A stretch of 46,228 nucleotides of DNA, the filler included, from Catajapyx aquilonaris (Eukaryota), in NCBI GenBank assembly GCA_000934665.2. It is 2 parts of 2 records of this genome, joined end to end, with 100 filler letters (N's around TTAATTAATTAA, not from the genome) between each part and the next. Parts side by side here need not be neighbours in the genome. Positions count along the whole stretch, not along the records: positions 1 to 23,064 come from JYFJ02005754.1; positions 23,165 to 46,228 come from KZ539411.1. The stretch is one strand, 5' to 3'. The notes beneath the pieces are model-generated. The model saw only the letters and a program-made list of their open reading frames with translations. It was not told the DNA's origin and searched no databases. This document shows, piece after piece, positions 20,331-31,242 of the stretch. Each line of letters starts with the position of its first letter. The stretch's first letter is position 1. Made by a program: the position numbers and the translations under genes.

Positions 20331-23064
20331 GTGGCCATTTAATTTGCTCAACATGCATGATGTCCATACGTGTTCAGCTATAAACGCTGTTGCAGACATA
20401 ATAAGGCCCACAAGGAACAAATTCCAGGCACTGGACACATGGACCATTGTCAGCGGATATGACCCGTCTTCCTCTCCATCCTCTTGGACTCTGGCTCTTC
20501 TATCAGCTCGACGTTTCTCCAGGTACCACCGATCCCACAGTTGCCTCAGGCCGGAGTCAAAGACTCGACGCATCAGGCGACTGGCTGCAGGAACGGCAGG
20601 AGAACCGCGACGGAAGAAGACTGACCCGAACATGGGGTATGCTCCAGTACGGGGCACCACCACTGACCCGGGTTTAAAGTGGGCCTCGGCTATGTCCTCC
20701 AGGAAGAGAGATGCGTCCACGCACGCCACGGAGCTTTCCTTGGCCTGTCGCACACAATCATAGATGTCCGCAGCTGTCTGAAGCCTGGTTCGGATCACCC
20801 TGAAAGACTGTGACTCGGACGACATCACAATGTGCTCTACCAAGCCATTCCTGTGACCTAGGACGATAGGCAATGACGAGGATGCCAGCTCCTCAAATGT
20901 CTTTGGGTAAACTGCAGCCGGCGGTTTTGTCAGCATTGCCATCAGCTTACTATTGTACGCTGTTCCAATCAGGATGCTGAACAGGAACCATACGCCTGTA
21001 AATTAAGGACAGTTGTAACAACTAAGGCTCCAACACGAGTATTCACGGCTGATCTTTCCTACGCGGCGAAGTGGCGGGAGTCAGAGTGGAGGTGCGGGAC
21101 AGTTCAAAGAGCGAGCCCGAGTGCATCTCGCCGTGGCAAAGCTACAATAACGCTCGTTGGGCTGCGGCGCCACAAAACGTACAGAGCAGAGGCAGTCATT
21201 TGGACCTGCCCCTCCCAGTTCCGTTGCTTGTTTGAGGACAGTATACGTATGTAAAGTTTTGATTAGCCGTTGTATATGATTGTGGATGATGAGATTGGCG
21301 CCTAGCCTTTATGGTCGGGTTAATTATCCTGATAGTTTTAGTTAATTGCGGAGCTGGGAGCTTACTGTTGGGTATGAGAGTGCAAGAATTAGGCTACTGG
21401 TAGAGAGGACGATTTTTAGGTGGGCTTACCTAGCTAATGCTCTAAAGCCCACCGAATTTAACTACCAGCGTTGGGACACCATTTAACCTGCCAAATCCAC
21501 TAAAAGGAAACAAAAGAAACGGAAAAACCAAAGCAAAAGGCAGGACTCGACACCAATCGCTCCTTAACACCATCCCAAACGTCCCTCCTGGCTTTCGGCA
21601 TCAAGAGCAGGCTCCCCCCCGTCATCCTGGATGCTGCCTTGGCCTCCCCGTCCGCTAATTCATTACCCGGCACCCCGGAGTGAGCCTTGACCCAGCACAC
21701 GGAGACTCGGGTACTCAGCGCTCCCAAAAGCAACTGAGCATGGATGACCATCGAGTTCGTATTACCTGGATGACAGAGAGTCGACAACACCGAATAAGAG
21801 TCCGAGACAATCCTGCCCCGAAGCCCCAGTCCCTCGCCTCCCAGCCACTCCGGCGCCCGCACAATGGCCACTAATTCCACCCGAAATATGTTGGAATCTG
21901 GGTGACACGGGAAGAATTAGGCTACTGTATGTTTTTTTGGCTACTCAAGGTAACGAATGTTATTGTAGCTTTGCCACTGCGCCATACATTAAGACGCGCT
22001 CTCTGAACTGCCGCGGGCCTCCACCCCGACCCGGCGACCTCAGCCTCTTCGTCGTGTAGGAAAGATCTTCCCATCCTTCCCTATTCTTTTTACAGTACCT
22101 AAAAATACGCTGCGTCCTTCCACGTGTCCTTGGTCCAGCAGTGGACGTACGGCAGTGAGGAGCAGTTGACCGCGTCCGAACTGCGCCTTGAGCACGACCG
22201 ATGTCAACAGCAGCGCTACCGCAGTTGCGATCCAGACGGATAGCTCCAGGGGATGAAACACGGCAAACCAGGATGAGTTGGCCGAAGAGACCGGGGCGAC
22301 CAGGAAGGTCACACCGAGGTACGTGGTCGGAGGAAGGAAATCGACTGCCAGCCATCGATCCGGGGACACACCAGCTCCTTCGCCCGCGTCTGTCTCTCCG
22401 TACACTACTTGGCCCATCAGTCCGTTCCACACGCCATTTCTAAACGTGCCCGTGGCGTGATTCTTCACCACGATCAGATGAAGCGTGCAGTTCAACGCTG
22501 TTTCCAGTGCGTGCATCAGAGGTCCGGCGCGGCCACCGACGGCCACGGTGCGATTTCCGATCTTCTGGACCATGAAAAACGACGGCTCTTGTGTGCAGGC
22601 CATTCGCACCGTCTTTCCCATCAAGTCGAGACGATGCTGACGAAATATGTCAGCGTTTGAGGGTGACAACGTGCCGGATGTGAAGTGAGCCACGAGCGTT
22701 GACCTGTTGTCTGTCACCAGAAAACCGGGTGCGTACACGTCTAGACCGGTGCCGTTCCAAAGTACAGCGACTCTACTCCGGACCTGAATCCTGTTCAGGA
22801 TGACATCAGGCGTTTCGTCCGGTCCCACAACCGACACTACGTAGTCCAGATGTGAAGACCATACCGGTACGTCGGATCCGAGGTGACCGAACAAGCTGCA
22901 GGACATCCGATTCCAAGCAAGACTTCTGATGTTGTGGACACCCATTGATGGCACCCACAGTTGGTGGTGGCTCCGCAGCATCTGGATTACAGTGTAACAT
23001 GTTACGGTGCACATATCGAAATTGACACATCGTTACCTGAAGGTACGGCTCCGGTATCTGGACG
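20103..23064 (-). CDS. Divergent ionotropic receptor, clade 2 paralog C (5' end lost in gap, C-terminus extended)
   Basis: Exons 23064-23037 (partial), 22981-22099 and 20995-20103. Introns of 55 and 1103 bp. Native stop lost; the frame runs 77 aa further than in B, into the antisense LINE. Confidence 0.78.
21045..22067. mobile_element. Longest copy of the inverted-repeat cassette (about 110-bp imperfect TIRs) in intron 2 of IR-C
   Basis: 21051-21158 pairs with 21952-22067 (GATCTTTCCTAC...CAGTTCA...GTGGCAAAGCTACAATAAC). Confidence 0.8.
21400..21911 (-). mobile_element. 5'-truncated RNase H-bearing non-LTR retrotransposon insertion with 16-bp TSD
   Basis: RNase H motifs IVSDSYSVL...WVKAHSGVPGNELADGEAK. 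Direct repeat AAGAATTAGGCTACTG at 21384-21399 and 21912-21927. Stem-loop GGTGGGCTT/AAGCCCACC near the 3' end. Confidence 0.85.
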
Positions 23065-23164
23065 NNNNNNNNNNNNNNNNNNNNNNNNNNNNNNNNNNNN
23101 NNNNNNNNTTAATTAATTAANNNNNNNNNNNNNNNNNNNNNNNNNNNNNNNNNNNNNNNNNNNN
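23065..23164. other. Artificial contig-joining spacer (N44-TTAATTAATTAA-N44)
   Basis: Exactly 100 bp and symmetric; the 12-mer has stop codons in all six frames. Confidence 0.9.
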
Positions 23165-23184
23165 TCATCCGCGTCACTCGTTCG

Positions 23185-23315
23185 ATTTGTAAACAGTGGC
23201 AACAATGGAAGCAGTCTCCATGGGCTGATGTTTGAATTGGCCCGCCGGACAGGGATGCCAGGTAACGCCGCCGCCGGAAAAAAACATTCAGCGACGGCTA
23301 TTATGTCCAGCACTG
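23185..23315. mobile_element. Right TIR of a relative of the 1259-1847 MITE
   Basis: Shares TGTAAACAGTGGCAAC, GCCAGGTAACGCC and the terminus GCTATTATGTCCAGCACTG|TA. Confidence 0.75.
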
Positions 23316-23467
23316 TACCATACCCAACAATCCCCATGCCCATCTTTTCAGCCCTTTCTCATTGTGTTCATTCTTCATGAGGGAGAATATAATTTCCCTA
23401 GGATAATTGGCACATGGCACATTCTTTCTAGTTGCACTTTAGCATGGTAGTGTAATAGCTAATAGGC

Positions 23468-23625
23468 CTACTGGAAAAAAAACCTGCCTTGTACCCCAGC
23501 AAGCAGTGCCATGCAGCCAGGCAAGCAGGCACAGGTGGAAGGGGGCATTAATCAAATTGTCCTCGAGCATGCTTCCATCCACATGTGTGCTACTTGTCAG
23601 GGTACAAGGCAGTTTTTTCCAGTAG
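23468..23625. mobile_element. Short MITE
   Basis: CTACTGGAAAAAAAACCTGCCTTGTACCC / GGGTACAAGGCAGTTTTTTCCAGTAG inverted. Confidence 0.65.
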
Positions 23626-25266
23626 TGTACAGGAGGTGGTGATGGGCAAGTATTACCTCTCCCCAGCTATAATGCCCAGCAGGCGCTACCCTACAGGGGC
23701 TTTTCCTGACAGCAGGCATGGAGCATCTAACAGGCAAATCTTGTTTCGGTCTCACTTGGGTACCCAGGATATTTTAAAAGCATCACATTCACTTGCCATG
23801 GGTGGAGTAGAATTTTGAGTAGAATGTAATGTTTTTGGGTTCCTGGATGTTTTTTGGCTCCCAACCTAGAGTAATTGGCACATTGACACTACTGCCAGAT
23901 GGAAGTTTGGGTATCCTGCCATGGCTGCCACTCCCACCTGGTCTTTGTAGCTTATCACATTGATTGCCGATCTGACCTATTGACATTTAGCCAACTGCTG
24001 CCTTAGTGTATGGTTAGAACCCCGAACCCCTAAGGTATTGGGAGGTGTGATGCTAGTGCAAATTTGTACTGTAACTTGCATAATTTCTCATTAGCATACC
24101 TATTCCGAGTTAAAAAAGTGTGATTATTGATTTTCCCTCATATTTTTCAGCCCACCCAAGACTGCCCTGACCCTTCCAACAGCCTTGGCCCGTGAGAGCC
24201 CGCAGGCCATCCAGGCCTTCCATGATAAGCCTATGCCAACTCACGATAATAGGGCTCCGTCCAGCAAACCAAATATCATCCAGCAGCCAAGGAAGTAAAG
24301 GGACACATGGCAGAAAAAGTCTCAAAACCTTTTGCGACTGATTTTGGTGGCTAAAAAGGGATAATATGATGGGGAAAAAGTTATAAGAAAGTCAGTCATT
24401 TTCTGTGCCTTCCAGTAATTCTAGGCCTAAGGTGAAGAGAAAATAGAAGACCCTTTATTTTATCATGCTCATTGAAAGAAGTGTTAAGCAGAGATAAATA
24501 TTTTAAAAGGATGTATCAATCATTGTTTTCTCTAGTTGATTGTTGAGCATTGTTGGCAGTTGCTGCCTTGCTTCGAATTATTTCTTCTTGTTTTTGGGAC
24601 CATGTAGTTTGGCAACTGCATACAAGTTCTCAGGTTTTTGTTCACCTTTTTTTTACACATTGACAGCAGTCAAGAGGGGGGGAAAAACAGGGTTTCAACT
24701 TTGTGACTGGCATTTATGAGTCATGGGTGCAATTTTTATGGGTTATGTTTTGGGGGTCTATCTGGCCAATTCCTTACTTTTTCCTGTCATTCCAAGGCAG
24801 TATTCTCTTCTTGCTTTACTTTGGCTGTCGTACTTATTCCAAAATTAGACTGAACTGCTCATGCAGTCTGTGGAATATCTACAAGATAATAGTGCCGAAT
24901 GAAGAAAATATATAAATATTATACAGTAGTTGGAGCCCGAAGAAACTGCTTCCAACCCTATTTTTCCCTATCAGCAATGATTTCAGAAAACTAACTAGTA
25001 TAGAAAAGACACAGACAATGTTCGACTGACTTCAATAAAGAAGAAAAATATGATCCCACAACTTTTATTTGCCTCTCTGATCAAACCTACATTTCTTCTT
25101 CCCAGCATGCAAAAGTGGACATTCAAAGAGAACATCCTGAATCTCTCTAACATCGACACCAATTCTTTTTTCCAACTTAAACAGCATTCCTATTTATCAT
25201 TATGTGTAATAATATATATATATTTATAGACTTTGCTTGCAATGTTCAAAATTTCATCCATTGAGC

Positions 25267-28096
25267 CTAGACTTGATACTTTTTGCGCAGCTCTTGCAGA
25301 GTCCATTCTGTCACATCCTCTTCGGCTAAGTCCTGCTGCCGATCCTGCAGGCTGCTCTCCAGCTTTTCCAGCAGCTGGCGACCTGTTGTCTGCTCTACTG
25401 AGCTCAGGAATTGCAGACTTAGGCTAAATCTAGAAGGTCCAATTAAATATATTTAATATGTACCCATACTAACTAAAATTGCACAATTTTCTTTTCATCA
25501 CATTTTCACCCAGGTTTGCATGCCAGTGTGATTTTTCATGCGCATAGGAACCTATGATAAGGCTCAGTTTACCTTTAAAATGTGATTTAATGCATTATAA
25601 TGCACTGCAGTAATGTCCCTCCTTGCTATTTGCATGTTTCATAATATGAAGAGCAGCAAAGCAAAACCCGCAAGATCCATCACAAACTTTTCTATAGATC
25701 TTGCTGGTTTTGCTTGTACTATGCTGCTGGATCTTGCGGTATTTGCTTGAATCGACAGTTTTTGGGCTCATAGACTATGGAACTAACACATTTTGCCTGA
25801 CCAGCTTTTAACACCGCATCACACCCTATGTAATGGACACAATATGCCATGCCTAACTCGTTTCCCGCCAACATTGGATCTTGCGGGTTTTGCTTTGCCG
25901 CTCCTCATATTTGCTCATTCATGCAAGATAAGGTGTAATCCAATTTTTGCCATTTTTGAGTGTCTTGCAGGTATTTAAATTCATGTGCACAGGTGCAGCA
26001 GTCAACAAATTTTGAGACATATAATTATGACAGCTCTGCAGAAGGGGTTTCCTTGTTCTCATGACTTTTGTTGTGCATAATGCACATATCTAAAATATAC
26101 AATATAATAGGCGTATTTGGCAATTCAGGAATCTGACTTCCTGGGCTGTTTGGATGTTCGGCAAATCAGGTGCTACGCCCCCTGAAGTAAGTGCGCATGC
26201 TCCCTACCTGACTTCCCAAGCTCAGGAACTTGGTGTACTCCTGACCTCACTTACTTGCTGAGAAACATGGCGGACAACAAATTCAACAAACATCTCCCCA
26301 CAGCCAACTCCACATCGGCACCTCGCCTGCGCACCAAAAGGATGGGGGGGAAAAAAAGAACCTCACTGGGACGCGAACCTGCAGCCTTCTGATCTATAGG
26401 CCAGTGCGCTAACCAATACGCTAGAGCAGCCATCGCTAGGATTGCTCCTTCCGATGGGGATTCTTATACTGCCCAGAGGTCAGGCTGCTGTTAAATGACG
26501 AATTACGTGGAGTGGGCGAGCGTGTTGATATTTTCAGTGCTGGAATATTTATTTTCACTGCTTGATGTGGGCAGGGGGTAGGGGTACGATGTACTAACCC
26601 AACCTAACCTAACCTTCACTCGTTGCGTATACAGCCCTATCGTCAGCGTATACAGCCCTATCTTCACGTATACAGCCCTATCTTCACGTATACTGCCCTA
26701 TCTCGTATACAGCGTCCCGGTCCTCCCGCACGATGGCGCGCAGGCGAGGTGTCGATGTGGAGTTGGCTGTGGGGAGACGTTTCTCAAATACAAGTTATGG
26801 ATGCAGCAGTGTCGCCAATGCAAAATGCCCAAAAACCCAGCAAGAGGACCTGAAAAAACCCGATTTTACCCGCATTTTCATTTTACCCGCACCATTACCC
26901 GCAAGCGTCCGAAATACGGCACTGAAATACCCGAACATTGGCATCACTGGGATGCAGCACAAATGGCGGGTAGGGGGGTCCTCAGTTCGGCCGTTCGGCA
27001 ATAATCTTCTGAGGGGCGGGGCTAACAACTCAGATATCACGTGACGCATCTCAGAAAAATCCGAATTGCCGAATATGCCTAATAAATAGGCTTTTTTTAA
27101 AAAGAAGGGGCACACTAAATGTTGAATTGATGGTTTTTGGTTGCAAAAGTGTATGCTGAAGGTCCCTTAGGAACCTAACCCCTCTTTTTCCTATCAGGTC
27201 AAGGGTTCTAATTTGTGGATTTCTGTATTCATGGGGTTTTCAATGAACCCAACCCTGCAAATAGCAAGGATTGACTATCTGTAGAATTGTCAACTAAAAC
27301 ACATCACCACGCAACTGACAAGCTGAGAGAATAACTTCCCAACCTCTTGGCTTCAGTCAGGGCTTCTAGAATCCCAACTACCAGCACAACCTCCTGGGTG
27401 GTTGGGGTGAATGCCAGCAGTGCCTGCAGTACTTCTCCGAGGATTCCCACAGGTATTTCTGTGCGAAAGAGATGTCCCAGGCTTGAAGGTCCCATTCTGC
27501 GTAGAAGGGTCAACCTCTCTGATATGTCAAGAGTGCACCATAGCTGAGTGAACTCGTGGGAAGTTCCAGGGAGGCGATCCACTGCTGTTTCTTGGCACAA
27601 AGCAGCAGCATTTGCAGATGAACCACCACTGCACTTGTCTAAAGCAGGATTATTGTTGTCAACATCTGAGTGACGCTTCTTAGGGGTCAGGCTGTTCCAT
27701 ATACTGCTCTTTGGCTTTCCCTGGAAAGGGGATGACTTTTCTGCCTTGTCCAGTGGTTTTAGGTGAGCTGCCTTAACTATGTCTCTGTAATGAAGAGAAA
27801 GAAAATGAATTGAAGAAGAGTTGATGCACTGTCATGTTCCACCAACAAGAATGAAGATTCACGAGAGTTTACATAAGCAGAGTTATTTCCACCAGAATAT
27901 ATACTGTTAACCTTCGCGAATATGAATGCGATTGACAGTTATAAAATGTATAAATTTTGGCTAGGTGTATTGGGTTACACAGAACACTACTGATCCATCG
28001 TGGCTGAAGACCGGAGGATACAGATCCCCCTCCTCCCTTTTTTCTTTTTCCTTTCTTTTTTTGATGCTTATATAGTGTTATAGTGATAATTCTTCC

Positions 28097-28127
<31 letters not shown>

Positions 28128-29379
28128 GTTGTTTGTAACGCTGGCAGAGTGCCCCTTAAGGCCAATTAGGCCAGTAAAGGGTAAATAAAAAATAAATAAA
28201 AAATAAATAAATAAATAAATAAACATATGCAGAGTTAGATTCTATGCACAACTCGCAATTTGGACACACCTATCAGTGAGTTTCAGCAGTCTGGCTTGGT
28301 ACCTGTGAATGGGAAGGGAGTTGCTCTGCAAGGTCTCAAGGCACCTGGTATGGAGTCCAATCTCGATACAGTCAACATTGAGAAGTCACTCACAAGAGAA
28401 CAACATCAACACCTCTCTGAAGATTGAAATCTGCTGCATCCATATTGCAAGCTACATATTATCTAATCTAAACTACATAATATCTACTTAAGACCATCCA
28501 GCTAGTAATATTAGTGTTCATGTCGTGAAAACCTTGAGAAATCCAGAATGTAGTAGTACACTCTGTTATGTAGCCGACTCCAGATATAACAGACTTCAAG
28601 GGCCTGTAGAAATCAGTCTGCTATAACAGGTCTGTTATAATTAAATAATAATAATAATAGATACCCTGTGATAAGCCTCCTTGGGCTTTTGAGGGGATCA
28701 TCTTTTTAATTGACCGACTTTAATCATTGCCTTTGCTGTGATGGATTTTGATTGCGGGAGGAAACGGGAGAACCTCTGGAGAACCCACGCAAACACGGAG
28801 AGAACCCATCGAAACTCTATCCACATAAGCATCCTCAGTCCGATCCGGGGATCGAACTCGGGACCTTAGAGGTGGAAGGCTTTGGTGCTAACCACTACAC
28901 CATCGTGCCACCCACCGAGGTCTGTTATATCAAATACATAGGCCACACTTGAAAGAATGGCGGGACTGGCCTTTCAAGTCTGCTATAACCGAGAATATGT
29001 TATAGCTGAGGCTATTATATCCGGAGTTACCTGTGTAACTACCTGCATAACTAACTGTGAAACTACCCTGTGGCAAGGAGCAGAAGCATATGGGTAAAAT
29101 GCGGCAATGAATTTTTGACCCAGTTACTACCAGCATCTTTTCCTAGTTGCTGCATGACATGGAATGTTGTGGTACCTGAGCAATCTTAAATCTTGTGGAT
29201 ATGTGAATGCATTAGTCAATTTACCTAAATTCTTCGTAGGTGGCCACTTTCTGATTAACAGCCCTGAACTTTGCATCATTCTCACGCCAGTACCGTGCAT
29301 CAGCCTCCAAGGCATTGTTGAGTTCTCGCTCCAGCTGGGTGAAATCAATGTTCTCGTCCTCAGCCGACGCCATTGCCAT
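25267..29379 (-). CDS. CCDC103: Coiled-coil domain-containing protein 103 (dynein axonemal assembly factor DNAAF19), 3 coding exons, about 252 aa
   Basis: Exons 29379-29225, 27784-27344 and 25429-25267 (phases 2, 2). Diagnostic [53 protein letters not shown], and RPAP3-C-like [13 protein letters not shown]...[10 protein letters not shown]. 5'UTR acceptor at 29456. Confidence 0.93.
25647..25907. mobile_element. TA-flanked MITE in CCDC103 intron
   Basis: TA|TGAAGAGCAGCAAAGCAAAACCCGCAAGATCCA ... TGGATCTTGCGGGTTTTGCTTTGCCGCTCCTCA|TA. Confidence 0.85.
26288..26782. mobile_element. Composite TIR element with internal tRNA-like segment, CCTAA repeats and 19-20-bp tandem repeats
   Basis: About 48-bp TIRs AAACATCTCCCCACAGCCAACTCCACATCGGCACCTCGCCTGCGC. 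tRNA-like segment 26365-26430 (minus); CGTATACAGCCCTATC x4-5 at 26626-26713. Confidence 0.8.
28098..28223. repeat. (GTT)n and (AAAT)n microsatellites around a possible retroelement 3' end
   Basis: Direct reading of the sequence. Confidence 0.6.
28643..28913 (-). mobile_element. tRNA-derived SINE (family 1) with (ATT)n tail
   Basis: Colinear with 4917-5179; A and B boxes on the minus strand. It sits among GTTATA/TATAAC repeats of an old pogo-like MITE (about 28555-29035). Confidence 0.85.
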
Positions 29380-30749
29380 CAATCTCAAAAATAACAGTAA
29401 CACTGAACTACTGCCAGTCTCTCACTCTTGCTTCCACACATGCATGGGTTTGTACCTGAAAAACACAAGTAACAGCCACATTAATGAAGGTACAGTATTT
29501 GTCATATGTGTTGTGATAAACTGATAATATTCACATATTGGAAATTTTAACATCAAGTAGCAATAGTCATCGCATTACAACCCGAATATTAATGTAGAAA
29601 AAGCTTATGGCACATGGTTCCATGTCCTTGACATTGTACTAGACAGTGTTACAAGAAGTTGGGTGACAAGGATATACGTAAATAGGGCAGCCAGCTCACT
29701 TATACAACACACGGTTTCCCAGTTTCAAAGAAATATTTCCAGACTCCTGATATTTATTCCCAGATCTTAAAATCCTCGTAAGTCAGCAAGGTAAAAGTTA
29801 AGCAAGATATTGACCAGAGTTGTCCAATTAAATTTAAAGATGCTAAAAATTGTTTAGGTTTAGTATGCATGACTTCCCCATCTACCAAAGCAGTGACTGC
29901 ACAGATGTTACCACAACCCAGGATATGGTCTTACTCCTAACAAGTGCATGGAACCCTGCCCTCAACAGAGAGAGAATCCTTGGTAGGCAGTGGCTTACTT
30001 GGCAGCTGGTAACTACGTCCCAGGTGGGTCATGCCCTGTGCCTTGGTCGACCTGGAGGGAGCACCATCCCCCTTGGTCCACTTCCTCCTGCCCAGTCAGC
30101 ACCCAGCCAGCCAGACGGCCGTTGTCTGTTCGACGAGCACTACCCAAACGGACAGCGCATATGGGAGAACTGTCGAGTCTCCATGGCAAAGAGACCACCT
30201 CTCGCAAGTGGAGGCGGCTGGGGGCGACGGCCGCCTCCTTTTTGTCTCTATCTCCCACCCTCGCTCGCTCCTCCTGGGCTTATTCTCCTTCCACCCAGCA
30301 ACCTTCCCTCTCGCCCTCCAGCTGCCTGGCTGCCCTCAGTGCCCTGGCACACGCCCGTCCGACGTCCGTCGGCCGTCCGCCCACCCTCGCCTCCCTGCAG
30401 CTGTCCCGTGTCCCCCCTTGGCCCTCGGCTCTCAGCCGTTCGATTCCACAACAATGGACAGTAATGACGGTTGTCCGATTAATGCCCCCAGGGGAGGTCT
30501 TGCGGGCCAACTAAAATTGAGGCTTCATTTTATGTCATTCAAAATTGCTAACGAAGCATCAGGGTTAAATTCTAGACACCAACTTGAGTTTCTGTGCACT
30601 AATCAGAGAAGTGCGCTACGTGTGAAAGGCCACTTGTTCACTTTTTCGGACGATCCTTCCTGCATATGCGCGTATATTTATTTATTTCCTAGCCATATAT
30701 ATTTTGTGTTTTTTTTCCACCTACTCCCTTGATCGCGGATTTAACCAGA

Positions 30750-31242
30750 TTAAATTGTACTTGTCGTCAGTTCATTGCCCTGTCACAGCTGGCTGCAGAC
30801 AGCTAGTTGCTTTCATTTTCTACTGTGGTTATAATAATAACGTACGGTATGCATCTCGCCCGCTCTCGCCTACGCAGGTTTACAGGATTTGTTTTTGTGT
30901 AACTGTACATCACGCCCGTTTTTATGAATTAGACGCTGTACTCGACAATAAACTTTTGGTATATTTTTCTCCTGGAACGTGTCTTCCACAAAAAAAAAGC
31001 AACATAATAATATTATAATAGCAGATACACACAGCTGAGCTGTAATATAATAGCGGGTGCTTGCTTCTCCCCGGGTGAGCAGCTACGTTTAAAAAAAAGT
31101 TGTGGCGAGTCGCGTTTGCCAGACGCAGCCAAGCAGGGTTGGGAGGAGTGTGGCTGGCCGCCTGTGTGTCCATCATCTCCCCTTGTGCCTGCCTCGCCGC
31201 CTTGTGGGATTAGAAACGGAGCCGGGGAAGAGGGGCAGCGAT
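30750..31242. promoter_or_regulatory. Putative bidirectional promoter and 5'UTR region for CCDC103 and CASC3
   Basis: Lies between divergent start codons 29379 (minus) and 31243 (plus), CpG-retaining. CCDC103 needs an upstream non-coding exon. TSS positions not determined. Confidence 0.4.

Noticed and set aside
29850..30732. Overlapping 170-230-aa ORFs upstream of CCDC103
   Set aside because: Low-complexity C-rich sequence open in several frames with no recognisable domain; probably a repeat relic.
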